64,000 nt of DNA from Amoebophrya sp. A120 (Eukaryota; Protista; Dinoflagellata). Location: positions 496,001 through 560,000 of the forward strand of contig CAJINV010000016.1 of the NCBI GenBank assembly GCA_905178155.1. The letters are read 5' to 3'. The notes under the pieces were generated by a model. It did no database searches. It worked only from the letters and a program-made list of their open reading frames with translations, and was not told the origin of the DNA. The position numbers and the translations under genes were made by a program. This document shows positions 1 to 11,089 of the stretch, one piece after another (the first letter of the stretch is position 1; every line of letters begins with the position of its first letter).

Positions 1-183
1 GCATGATCTAGCATCACAGATTTTTAGACGGCTTCCTAATGCCTACTCCGCATGAGAAATGCCCTCTCCCCGTAACACAAACTGGACTCCTGTTGCTGGC
101 CATGCATATACAGATTTTTTTGGAATCCAACGGCAGCATTACAAGTTGCAACCTTCCAGACCCAGAAATATTTGCAATGCATA
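1..183. mobile_element. TIR introner family A (partial)
   Basis: Ends cttccagacccagaaatatttgcaatgcata. Confidence 0.8.
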
Positions 184-3100
184 TCAGCATCTCCATCGAC
201 TCGTCATACGGGTTCACGGCCGTCGAGACCGCGTGCGGGCTATGAAATGCAAATATGCCTGGGTCTGGAAGGTTGGAACTTGTAGTGCTAGCTTTGCATA
301 CCCAGGAAATCTGTATTGCATAACCAACAAAAGTCGCAGCCTCTTTTGTACATGCAAAGCCGCAGCTTCTCATGCGGGTTTCCTATGAGAAAGCGTTCTG
401 AAAAGTTGTCATGCTGTGTTGCATTCGCAACTGTTGCAATCATCCACATTTTAGCATCACAAGTTTCCGCACCCAGACATATTTGCATTTGATACGGGCC
501 CGGTTGCTGCGCCCCGGGCGGTGCTTTCAACTCCAGATTCATCTGTCGCGGTACGATCCCGCGCTTATTGGTATACGCGTGCTTGATGAACTGTTTTTGC
601 GCGTGCACCATCGCCAGCCCGTTCGGCCCTTCCGGTGCGTTCGGCGGTAAGTAGACCGTGATCCCCTCCATTTCCCCGCAGTAGTGCTCGCCCTCTTTCC
701 CCGGAACTAGGAAGTACCGGTAGGGGTTTAGGACTAACCGCGGGTTCAGATTTTGGATCATCGCCTGGTGCAACTCTTCATCAAATGCAAAAATGTCTGG
801 GTCTGGAAGAATCTGAGACTTGTCATGCACAGTTTGCATGAGCCATGATGTCTGTGATGCATGCCCTAGCATCACAGGTTTATTGAGGGACTCATGATGC
901 CTATTCCGCACGACAAATGCCCTGTCCGCGTAGCAAAAATTAGATTCCTTTTGCTGCTCATGCAACACAAATTTTTTAGACATCCAAATGCAGCATCACA
1001 AGTTGCATTCTTCCAGACCCAGACACTTTTGCATTTGATATTCTTCATCCGACATCAGCGCCTCCTTCACCATGCCCTGGATCAATTTCTCGAAACTCGA
1101 CTGTTTCCTTCGCAACATATTGCGAGGAAAAATCCCCCCTCCCCATAATGGACATTTGTGATGCTGGATTTGTGTACACAAATCGACTTGTCTTGCTAGA
1201 AGGCCAAGAGACGCAGTTGCGGCCTAAATTGTAGACGGTTTGTTATGCTGTTTCCCACTTGCAGTGGCCTCCTGTGATGCTGAAGATGCAAGGTTTTCCC
1301 ACGTCAGCGAGCACTACAGTCCGTGTCCGCATCTTTTGCCTTCTAGCATGACAACATGATTTGTGGAAGCAAATCATGCTACACAAGTCGCCGTTTTAGG
1401 ATGAGGAGGGGGGATCGGGATTTTTCATTTTGATACAACACCAGCGCTCGTCGCAGAAAATCCCGAACGATGGTGATCAACTCGGAACTGGATCGGAGCT
1501 TCACCAAAGCGGTCAACGTCCGTTGTAACAGCTTCGCGTTTGGATTCGCTTCGTCGTTGGCGCAAACTTCCGATTCTATATCAAATGCAGAAGTGTCTGG
1601 GTCTGGAATAAACTTGTGATGCTAAGTGGCGTAGCATGGGGAGGCCACAAGTGCTGGCTCAGCATGACAAATTTCATCTGAGCTACTAGGTGTTGCCTAT
1701 TCTGCATGACAAACTGCGTCTCCGCATGACAGAAAAGCGCGGCTCTTGGGCAACGTGCATGACAGATTTAAGAGTCATGCCAGACAAGCATGACAAACGT
1801 GCATTCTTCCAGACCCAGACATTTTTACATTTGATATTCTAGTTGCTTCTTCAACTCCTTCTTTTTCTTCGCCGCTTCCTTCTTTTTCTCCTGCTCATCG
1901 GAGGTGGTTGTGGAAACGCCAGACGATTTCATCTTCACAGTGGATTCCGTCCCAGATTGCCCCGCGGAGGAGACGTCTTCGTCCATGTTGCACGTGAGAA
2001 AATACTGCGTGGGTTTTCCGCGGTCGAAAAAGATTGTGTCAGGGAAAAGGACCCGATGGACCATCTGGCTCATATGCATTGCAAAAGTATCGCACTCGTA
2101 GTGATCGCAGTTATGCATTACAAATGTAGTTGCTTTAAGGTAAATCCGCATTACAAATTTAATTTGTAATGCTGAGCCAGTTTGTATTGCGATTCATACG
2201 AGTACGATACTTTTGCACAGGATAGTTCATCTTTTCCACCAGCTCGTTTTTTCGGGATGCGCCGGTAGCCTGTAATGGGTCGTGTGGTTTGTGTTGCAAG
2301 ATTGGGATTGCAAGATTTTGGAACTACATTTTGAAGAAGATAAAACTCAAACCAACGTGTCAGTCATGCACATTGAGACACAGAGCGAGAATACCACCAA
2401 TCATGCAGACCAATAAATGATTTTTCACATGAGACAAAATCAAAAAATCATACGTCGTCACTTGCCCCAGCCCTGCTCGCGCCGCTTGGGTCGACAACGG
2501 TTGAGAGTTGAATATCGTACGACTGTCTCCCTCGTTCGTCTTTGTAAAGCGTGTATCAAATGCAAAAATGTCTGGGTGTGGGAGGATGGAGCTTGTCATG
2601 CTAAATCTGAATCATGTAAAAATCTGTGTTGCATGATTACCAAAAGCTGTCCACGTGTGACCTAATCGGGATGCAGTTTTTTATGCAGCAGAATAGGCAT
2701 CATAGAGAGAGAACTAATCACAGAATCCGTCATGCTATGTCCTACATAGCAGACATCATGGGTCATGGAAAACCTGCATGACAAGTCTGGCACTCTTCCA
2801 GACCCAGACATATTTGCAGTTGATAGCGTGTTGACGCCGACGATCACGGATCCCTTCATCTTCATCATCAGCCATTGCAGGTCACGGTATTTCTGTATTG
2901 CAGATAGAAACTTTGCGTAGTTGCGTCGGTTGTTTATTATGCAAGCATAGAATTCTAATTTTGCAACTTATTTGATGCTGGCATGCAAAACCCCAGTTGT
3001 GGAAGTCGAAGTTCTTATGAACGGCATCAACACGAATTAATACCCTTGCCGGCGCAACCTCCTTCTTGACGACGGTCTTGGATGATTTTGCTGGTGACCC

Positions 3101-3521
3101 GCGACCACGCTGTTAGAAATTTTGAAGACAATCGCACCAGGTTGTAGTTGTTCAAACAGGAGCATCAGAAACTGAACCGCAGTACTAGGTAGTACACTCA
3201 CGCATGACAAAGTCAAAGACAAACCTCCACTCGCATTAATTATACCGGTTCCCCCGCGGCCCCGCTCGCCTGACTGCCCGCTGCGCCGATGCTGGTTGTC
3301 GCGGGGGCACAGACCAGCGGGTCGATCAGTGAAACCCGGTTTTTGTTGACTTCCTCTAACACCGAGTCGGGAATTTGGATCCCGAGTTTCGGGGCCGTCC
3401 GGGCGAACTTCGCGCATTTCAGACAGCGACAGGTGTCCGAGTGCTGGATGTGGGTCAAGTGCTCCTGTTCGGCGTGGAACCGTCGGCGGACGAAACGCGG
3501 GGAGTCCGCGAAATACTCCAT
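1..3521 (-). CDS. Multi-exon hypothetical protein; 3' end lies outside the window
   Basis: ATG at 3521 (MEYFADSPRF...). Coding-like exons (...LFPDTIFFDRGKPTQYFLT..., ...DEELHQAMIQNLNPRLVLNPYRYFLVPGKEGEHYCGE...) are separated by TIR elements and short introns. No recognisable domain. Confidence 0.6.
241..494. mobile_element. TIR introner family A
   Basis: TAT...ATA ends; TSD cgggc. Confidence 0.9.
780..1040. mobile_element. TIR introner family A
   Basis: TIRs atcaaatgcaaaaatgtctgggtctggaag; flanking tcttc; left terminal T missing. Confidence 0.85.
1118..1435. mobile_element. TIR introner family B
   Basis: TAT..gaaaaatccccc / gggatttttc..ATA; TSD caaca. Confidence 0.9.
1579..1836. mobile_element. 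TIR introner family A
   Basis: TSD ttcta. Confidence 0.9.
2073..2224. mobile_element. TIR introner family C
   Basis: tgcaaaagtatcgcactcgta / tacgagtacgatacttttgca; TSD gctca/gttca. Confidence 0.85.
2554..2825. mobile_element. TIR introner family A
   Basis: TSD gcgtg. Confidence 0.9.
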
Positions 3522-4379
3522 GATGGGGACGAGGGAGTGGTGCTAATGCGGCGGAGGGTTTTGTTCAAACGAGGCTCAGCAAAGAACGGTCGTCATTTTG
3601 GCTTGCACTTTAGTGCTGTACCAATGGGTGAATATCGGCCCGCGTTTCATGTAGTAAGCTCGCGGTACCTACGTAGCCTGAATATGGATCAGAAATGTTT
3701 ACACATAGACGCAGACGAGGACGCCCGGCGTGCCTCTCATTGTGGTTGGCTTTGCCGATAGGCATCGATCACATAAATGGACCTCGATAGCGTGATGATC
3801 ATCAGGAAAGCGACAAAGTAAACGCAGCAACACAAGCTCGCTCGGAGGTACGTACTGACACACTAGCTCAACGTCGACTCTCTGCTAAATGCACCTGGCA
3901 CTCTGCTTTTGAACAATCGATCAAGATGATTGTGTACCATGGTCGACGAGAGCGTCCGAGCCGCCCTGCGTAGAATTCATGTGTGCTCGCTCAAGAAACG
4001 ACTCACTCCTTAAAAAGCTCCCTCAAACAATTTCTCAGCAAAAGATCCAGAACAACGACGACCACACGAAGGCGAAACAACTCCGCTGCAAGCAGATTCG
4101 ACTGAAAGATCACCGCGGGCGGCTAGCTTTAGTACAACCGCGGCCGGATGGCCACGTATGAACGAATGCCGTATGAACGAATAGCGCTAGGCCATTGCCG
4201 CCGAGATGCTGCACGGCGATCACGACAACCTATCCAGCACCAGCTGCAGCGCCACGTCAAAATGCTTTCGCGCAGCGAGCATGTGGCCGAGTGCAACGCT
4301 CGGCAATCAATAACTCCCCTCGCCCACCGAAAAGGGACCGTCTACACCACCGACGGGCGGGCCACAGAGAGACAAGCGA

Positions 4380-5260
4380 GCTGGCCGGCGAAAGGACTAG
4401 GGCCACTCCCGGATCAAAGACAAACAAGACGAGCCCGAAGAGGGCGCCCAAACCAGCGCAAAGGCGGGCGATGAGGGCGGACCCGGCAAACAGCCCGCGG
4501 GCGGGGCGCGCGGGGGCAGCGGGCGCGGGCAAGCAGAAAAAGAAGGCCGGGGGCCGACGCGCGACAGCTTTTTGCCACTTCTCGCGAGACAGTAGTCGGC
4601 ACCCTCGTGCAGGACTGTCTCCCTCGGCCCGCCGGCCAACCGCCGCGGCGGGGCGGGCGCCTGGCGCTCTTTGTCCAGGCATGACGCGCAACGGCGCCCC
4701 GCGTTCTCGAGAACCTCCCGGGGGGGCCAGCCTTCCAATAAACCAGCGCCGCGGGCCCCCGGCGTGCGTCCGGAGCGGAGGACGCTTGGGCGGACGGGGC
4801 GGAAGGAGTTCGGCAATGGGCGCCGAAAGTAATGGGGCGCGCAGGCTAGGCGCCGGACCGCCCTGGTCAAGCGCGCGAGCTGCTCCGGATGTCCCTGGCG
4901 CAGCGTCCCGCCGAGGAAACTTCCTCGATGTACTCCTCTGCCCGGCATTCCCTTCTATGTGGGGGCGCCGGAACCAGTAAGAAGCTCGCTGCGCTTGGCA
5001 TGTGGGAACTCGGGTAGGGGCAGCACCTTCTGCCGGCGGCTGTGTTCGTCCAGCAATAAGGCGGCCACCTGGGGCAGCGCGTTCCGATGGTGGCGCAACT
5101 CTCCGGCCCAGTCACGTCCTTGCCCAACACGAACAAGCCGAAGCCGAGCGCGCAAGCTGCAGCGGCGCGCTCCGCCTGACGCCCATGATTCGGCGGGGAA
5201 AATCGCGAAGCACCTGCACGCGCTCGGTCATCACAGAAATCTTAGTGCGCGATGCGTCCT
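4380..5260. other. GC-rich intergenic island
   Basis: Abrupt rise in G/C runs interspersed with short A/T tracts; only spurious Arg/Ala/Pro/Gly ORFs. Confidence 0.6.
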
Positions 5261-5372
5261 AGCGCCGCTCGGCTCCTTGAACTACAAATGCTCTTGCTCC
5301 GCTGCAAGAGACAAGAATAGGAACACAAATCACCCACACTAAACCTCCAGGCCAATTTCCAGGACGCTTTTC

Positions 5373-8300
5373 CTAGCAGCGAATACTACCACAGGTTAAT
5401 TTTGTTGCATGTGAACCTTGACGTTGAAGATCTTTAAGTCTATTCTCGTCCATCGCTTCCATCTCTCTTGGCTTTTTCAGACGCAGTCTTTCAATCAAGC
5501 TCAGTGGTTCTGCTCGAGAAGTAATTTTAGTTTCCAGACCTTTCAAAACGGCCTTGCTTTCATTTTTCTGTCCGTCTTTTCCAACTTCTCCCGGACTATA
5601 GTTCGGAGCGAATCCTGTCGGATACGACTGCGACAGAGAAACCGGCCCACCAGTCCCCGTTGCCCCACCAAGACCGCTCAACTGACTGTTCCCGTTCAAA
5701 CCGCTGTTTTGGCTGTTGGTCCCCATTTCCTGGCTGACTTCCTTGATCGTCGAGAGCTTCTGTCTCTTCAGCAATGGATCCTGTTCTACTTCATCGTCGT
5801 CCGCAGCATCTTCCGCAAACCCGGTGTCAAGATGTTCACCATCTGCTCCAGATTGTAAAAAACTACCCGAAGAATTCTTCCTCCGCTTCCCGCTGCTGCT
5901 CGTCACTTGTTTCTGTGGCGTGAAAAGACCTAGCGTGCCAACATCTTTTGACCGCGAAGATTGGGCGGAAGATAGCTGCGACGAGGATTGTTGTGACGAA
6001 TCTGATCTTGATGATGTTGTCCCTGCAGTTTGTCCCTTGTAGTTCTGCGATCGTTTGCTTTGCTTCGATTTGTCGTTGTTCTTCCTCTTCCCTCCACTGC
6101 TTGTAGTCCCCCCGTAGAACAGAAATTGCGATTTCTGGGACATTTTTCCAAACGCGATGTTCTTCTTCGAAGCTTGTTGACCGCTGGTTGTTGTACCAGT
6201 TGCGCCGGTACTAGCGCCTGCTGCTGCTCCCGGTTTCTTGTTCCTCTTCCGGGACGAAGAAGCACCAGCAGCACTGTCAACATGCTGCGAGGAAGATAAA
6301 TTCTGGCTTTTCTGGCTGGACACAGAAGTCAAAACCCGGGAGTTCAAATCGTCCCCTTCCTCGTCGCCCGAGATGGACAGATCATCCTCCTCTCCTGACA
6401 AGAAATCAGTTTCCCGAATTTCCGGCTCAGCTTCCTCTTGGTCCTGCTGCAACGCCACAAAACTACTACCCAGCTTATAATTTCCCGCAGCCTGCTCCAT
6501 GTCGACCGTGCGGACTAACACCGACCAGGAAAATTTCGCTTGGCACCTTGGGCACGCGACCGGTAATTCGGTCGGGATCAACGGTAAAACAGGTTGTGGG
6601 GGGTTTTTGTCGCTCCAAGTAGATGCCATTTTTTCCACTTTAGACGAAGAAGACGAACTGCTAGTACCACCGACCACATTAGCTGCTGTCTGTTGCTCTA
6701 CTTTCTGCTGCTCCTGAAGGAAGTGGTTCGCCAAACAGCCAACGTGGAATTGCGTTGCGCAAGAGAGACAAGAGATCAGCAACGGGGCCCGTCGTCCTGG
6801 AAGATTTTTCACCGCTGCAGATGAGGCAGAAGCGGACGAGGAACTGGCACTGCTGCTTGAACTTGTACCAGCAGCGACACTGCTTCCAAGTTCATGTCCT
6901 GGGTTGAGTGGAAGATCACCTCCGGTACTACCAGGACGAGCCGCTGCAGAAAAAAGACTTTTCTGGCACAAACTGCAACTCGTTTCTCCGGCGGCAAATT
7001 GTCTCGATTTCAGCTCTTCCACCTGCTTAAACAGGTAGTTGCAACTCTGCTCCAGGCTCTCAATGTCCCCCTTCGTAATTGCCATGTGCTGCGGGATAAT
7101 TTTCGACGTCACGGGATGTTGAATCACAGGACGACGAGCTCCTGATGTTAACCCATTTCCTATCGCTTCGTCGCCACTCAAACTACCACCGCGTAATGTG
7201 ATTTTCGCCGCGACACGAATCTATCCTGAGTAAAAACGTACCCACACCAGAGTTGTAATGCAAATCTGCATGCTGAAAATGTTTCTCATGCGGAGCTCCA
7301 TGAGAAGCATTTTCTAGTCGTGTTTTGCAATTTGCCATGCTCCAATCAGCATGGTATGCTAGATCTCTGATGCTGCTGAGCTAGCTCAAACAGCACTACA
7401 CTACGAATCCAAATTTGTCATGCAAAACAGCCAAAACTTGTGGATTTGTCTAGCCGATTCCCCATCTTGACTCTGGTGTGGGTACGTTTTTACTCAGGAT
7501 AGAATCGCGTACTTGTTCGTTTGGGTGAATACCTGAGAGCCAGCAGTTGTCATCTTCAAACTGCTTGACGATATGAAAGCAGTACAGTTTTTACTACCTT
7601 CAGTTCTGTCACCAGCATTGTTTTTGTTTTTCTTCTTGTTCATTTCCTTCAGTTGCTTCTGCCTCTCGTCCTCTTCCCGTCGCTTTGCTGCTTCGTCCCG
7701 AATATCGCTGATTTATCCAAAGGAAAAATCCCCCCTCCCCATATCGAAAAGGTATGTTTCCGAAAATTTGCGTTGCTGATTTGAGGTCACAAATCACATT
7801 TGTCTTGCAAGAAGACAAGGGCAGAAGCTTCCGCCCCGTTATGGAAGTGATTTGTCATGCTGTTGGGCCTAAAAGTGGGCCGCTTGTCGTGCTGAATAAC
7901 TAGACCCATACGCCCCTACCTATCCTGGGGATCTGGCCGCAATGCCTCTCTGCAATACAAACCTGATTTGTGTACACAAATCCAGCATCAGAAATTCCGT
8001 TTTGATATGGGGAGGGGGATTTTTCCTTTTGATATGATTTCCTTCAAATTCGCTTCAAATTTCTGCACGTCTTCGTTCAAGGTGGAGCAAGCTTGCATGT
8101 TGTAATTGATGAACTTCTATCAAATGCAAATATGTGGTCTGGGTCTGGAAGAGGACAAGTCTGTCATGCAGGTTTTCCATGATGCATGATGTCTGTGATG
8201 TATGCCCTAGCATCTCAGACTTTTTGAGCCCTTATCGATGCGCATTCCGCATGACAAATGCCCCCTCCGCGTAGCAAAAATTTGACTCCTCTTCCTGCCC

Positions 8301-9337
8301 GCGCAATACAGATTTGTTTAGCATCCAAATCCAGCATCACAAGTTGTACTCTTCCAGACCCAGACACATTTGCACTGCATAACTTCAACGCGGTTTTCTC
8401 ATCTCCCATCGTCCCTAGGTATTTGAGCGCAGCGGCCGCGACTTCCGTAACTCTCGCCTCGTTGGCCAGAAACGGATTGCCGTTCTTGGATGAAGAAGCA
8501 TTTTGGGGGTGCTTCTTGTTCGGTTTTTTACTGTGCGACTTTACAGACGCCGACGCTGCAGTCGCGGCAGCTACGGCCGGCGCTAGTTGTACTGCTCCCG
8601 TAGTTCCCGCATAATTTGTCGTGTTGGTGTCATGATCCCCCAACATGTCACTGTCATTCTCAAAAACGTGTACCCGCAGCGCCATCCGCTTGAAAGGTTC
8701 GCAGTGCAGTAAGAGTTGCGCGACCTGGAGATGCTCGGCATTTGTCAAATACATCCGCCGTCTCCGCCCCGTGGTTTTCGGTTGCAGTTTCCGCAGAATG
8801 TTCTGCAAGGAAGGCACTTGCAGTTCCAGGCTGGTGTTCATCTCAGTTGCGTTGTTGTTCTCCCGGATCCCCGCCTTGACGTTCCGGCTCAAGCTTGGGT
8901 TCTGCCAGGCCCATTCGAACTGCAAAGCCGCGACCTTGTTGGGAAACCCATACACGACAAGCACCATCTTCCAGGGTCGGCCGTCGCCCCGCTTCGTGCG
9001 GTTCGCCCCGCCCTGTTTCTCGCCATTGTGCTGGCGAAGGCGGTTTTTGGGATCGACCGTGAAGCCGACATAGGACTTATCGCAAGAAAAAGCTGCTTCA
9101 CTGTAAACTTGTGATGCAGAAAATGGATCGCAGAAGTGTGTGTCATGCTACAGATGCAAGAGACTGGATTTCTAGCTGCGTTTTCCCTTAGGAACCCCGC
9201 GTGGCAAATTTTCGCTGTCATGTAAAACAAACTTGTGATGCAAAACTTGCAAAATCCTTACAGTGAAACACTTTTTTCGTGCGATAGGACCGTTTTGGGT
9301 GGGGGATGGAGTTCAGCAGGTAGCAGCCGAAGAACAT
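5373..9337 (-). CDS. SLX1: Structure-specific endonuclease subunit SLX1 homolog (GIY-YIG domain, C-terminal RING/PHD-like finger, long low-complexity tail); 5 exons
   Basis: After removing 4 introners the frame reads [17 protein letters not shown]|[59 protein letters not shown], then CSLC...[14 protein letters not shown]...LIP...CPRC...W. I checked frame continuity through all junctions. Confidence 0.9.
7222..7501. mobile_element. TIR introner family D
   Basis: Perfect 32-bp TIR tatcctgagtaaaaacgtacccacaccagagt; TSD gaatc. Confidence 0.95.
7714..8034. mobile_element. TIR introner family B
   Basis: TSD tgatt. Confidence 0.9.
8118..8381. mobile_element. TIR introner family A
   Basis: TSD acttc. 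Confidence 0.9.
9078..9286. mobile_element. TIR introner family E
   Basis: tatcgcaagaaaaa..ttcactgtaa / ttacagtgaa..ttttttcgtgcgata; TSD ggact/ggacc; splits the GIY-YIG motif. Confidence 0.9.
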
Positions 9338-10043
9338 TTTTTTTCATACACGAAGTGCGTTTGAAGGAGGAATTTTTTGGGAAAGCTGTTGAGTCATGTT
9401 ACTTGTGCGTTTTGGCTGGAATAACGGACTGGCTTCTGGAAAAGGTACCTCAAGGAACAGCGACTGACATACTACACAGAAAAAACTGCTTTTACTTCTA
9501 GGACATCTCCACATAGATGGTACCATCGCTCGAAAGTGCTGTAAATTCATGTTTATACAGCACAAAAAACTGACAAGAACAATGAATCGCTGTATCGACC
9601 AGGGAGCATGTTGCACTTGCTTAACCCTAAACCCATCATATTAATTATCAAAGTTCAATCTTCCTACACGGTGTTGAAGGCAAAAAAAAAAAATCATTCT
9701 TTCGCAGAAGGACAACACAACGTAAAAGTTTGCTGTATTCAATTCAAGTTTTGCAGATTCTCAGCATTTTGAAAGTTTTTGTGCTTTTAATAATTTAAAT
9801 TCATTTTTTTCTTCTTGACAGAAGGTGACAAAGCGAAACAAACGTTTTCATTTTGAAAAACTTATACATTTCCACTGTAGTACTAGTCCTACTCATTTCC
9901 AAAACAATGTATGGAGTTTACCACGAAGATGTCGATTCCTTTTCTTGTAAATCCAAAATTTCTTTCATAATGTACGATAAAACGAATCGGAATTTCACGC
10001 AGAGCTTCCAGAGGAGTTGTGCTGAAATTGACTCTGTTCTTTC

Positions 10044-10847
10044 TCACAACTCGGTGTTCCTGATCTGCTGTATTTTCCACACCCCCAAAGACACCACCGC
10101 AACCGAGGCTCCACCCCCGATGTAGAAGAGGGGCGAGGAAAAAATGTTCGCGAAAGAAGACGAGCCAGCAGTTGCAGCTCCAGTATGTTCCTCCGTGCTG
10201 GCTCCTTCTGTCGCAACAGTACTACTTGTTTGTTCCGCGGTACTACTAGTACCCGGCGGCTGATTGGTGCCATCATTGGTCGACAAAGTCGTGACAGTAG
10301 TCGAACCTTCTGTCGGAGGAACGACAAGACCAGAAGAACCAGTCGCACCAGCAGGGGATAACGTCGATTCGGAAATTTCCCTTCGCTCCACCAAGCCGTC
10401 GGTATCGTCTTCACCAAGGATCGTTGCTGTACTAGCGCTATTTGTGTTTCCTCCGTCCAAATTCACCGACCTGGCAACAATAATATTGTTTCCCGGCGAA
10501 GACGAATTTGTGGTAGAAGAAGCTCCTCCTGTAGTGCCGGTCGGGGAAGAGGTGTTATCCGCGTCTGGATCTCCTTCTTCTTCTTGATCCTGTCGACCTT
10601 GGTCATCATCTTCATCAATGCCCGCAGTTGTGGTGGTTGCTTCGGGTACTAGTTGTCCACCCGTGGTGAAATCGGCACGATTGGAAGACCGGTCCTGAAC
10701 AACCGTCGAGGTTGTCGCTGTACAGGAGTTAGTACTCATAGAAGAGCCGGTCGCCGCTGTATTTTTCTCGTCGGGTGTTGTTACATCGCAGTTGTTGGCC
10801 TCACTTCCGCCTGTTTCCACCGCGGAAAGCGTGCTCGAGATCTTCAT
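10044..10847 (-). CDS. Ser/Thr-rich low-complexity protein with a C-terminal transmembrane helix
   Basis: 267-aa ORF ending ...FSSPLFYIGGGASVAVVSLGVWKIQQ. Upstream exons are possible. Confidence 0.55.
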   Translation of the reverse strand: MKISSTLSAVETGGSEANNCDVTTPDEKNTAATGSSMSTNSCTATTSTVVQDRSSNRADFTTGGQLVPEATTTTAGIDEDDDQGRQDQEEEGDPDADNTSSPTGTTGGASSTTNSSSPGNNIIVARSVNLDGGNTNSASTATILGEDDTDGLVERREISESTLSPAGATGSSGLVVPPTEGSTTVTTLSTNDGTNQPPGTSSTAEQTSSTVATEGASTEEHTGAATAGSSSFANIFSSPLFYIGGGASVAVVSLGVWKIQQIRNTEL

Positions 10848-11089
10848 ATCTGAGGAATTTAGAAGTGCTTCGCCTGTTGTTTGATGTCATCGAGCATTGT
10901 TGTTGATGAATCGTGTAGATCTACTCTAGCAGTGGACACCAGTGGTCCGCGAGCGGGCAGGTATAGATTGTCACAGATTATCAAACATCGTATGCTGGGA
11001 ACGTCTTCGTGGCGCTCTTTGTTGAATCGATTCATTTATTCAGAGCTGGTGCGAAAAGCAAAAGTTAAAGCGGGAACAAAAGCATGAAG

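Noticed and set aside
7250-7270. ttgtaatgcaaat resembles the Sox-Oct composite or octamer motif
   Set aside because: POU factors are animal-specific, so this is probably a coincidental match to the element's internal motif.
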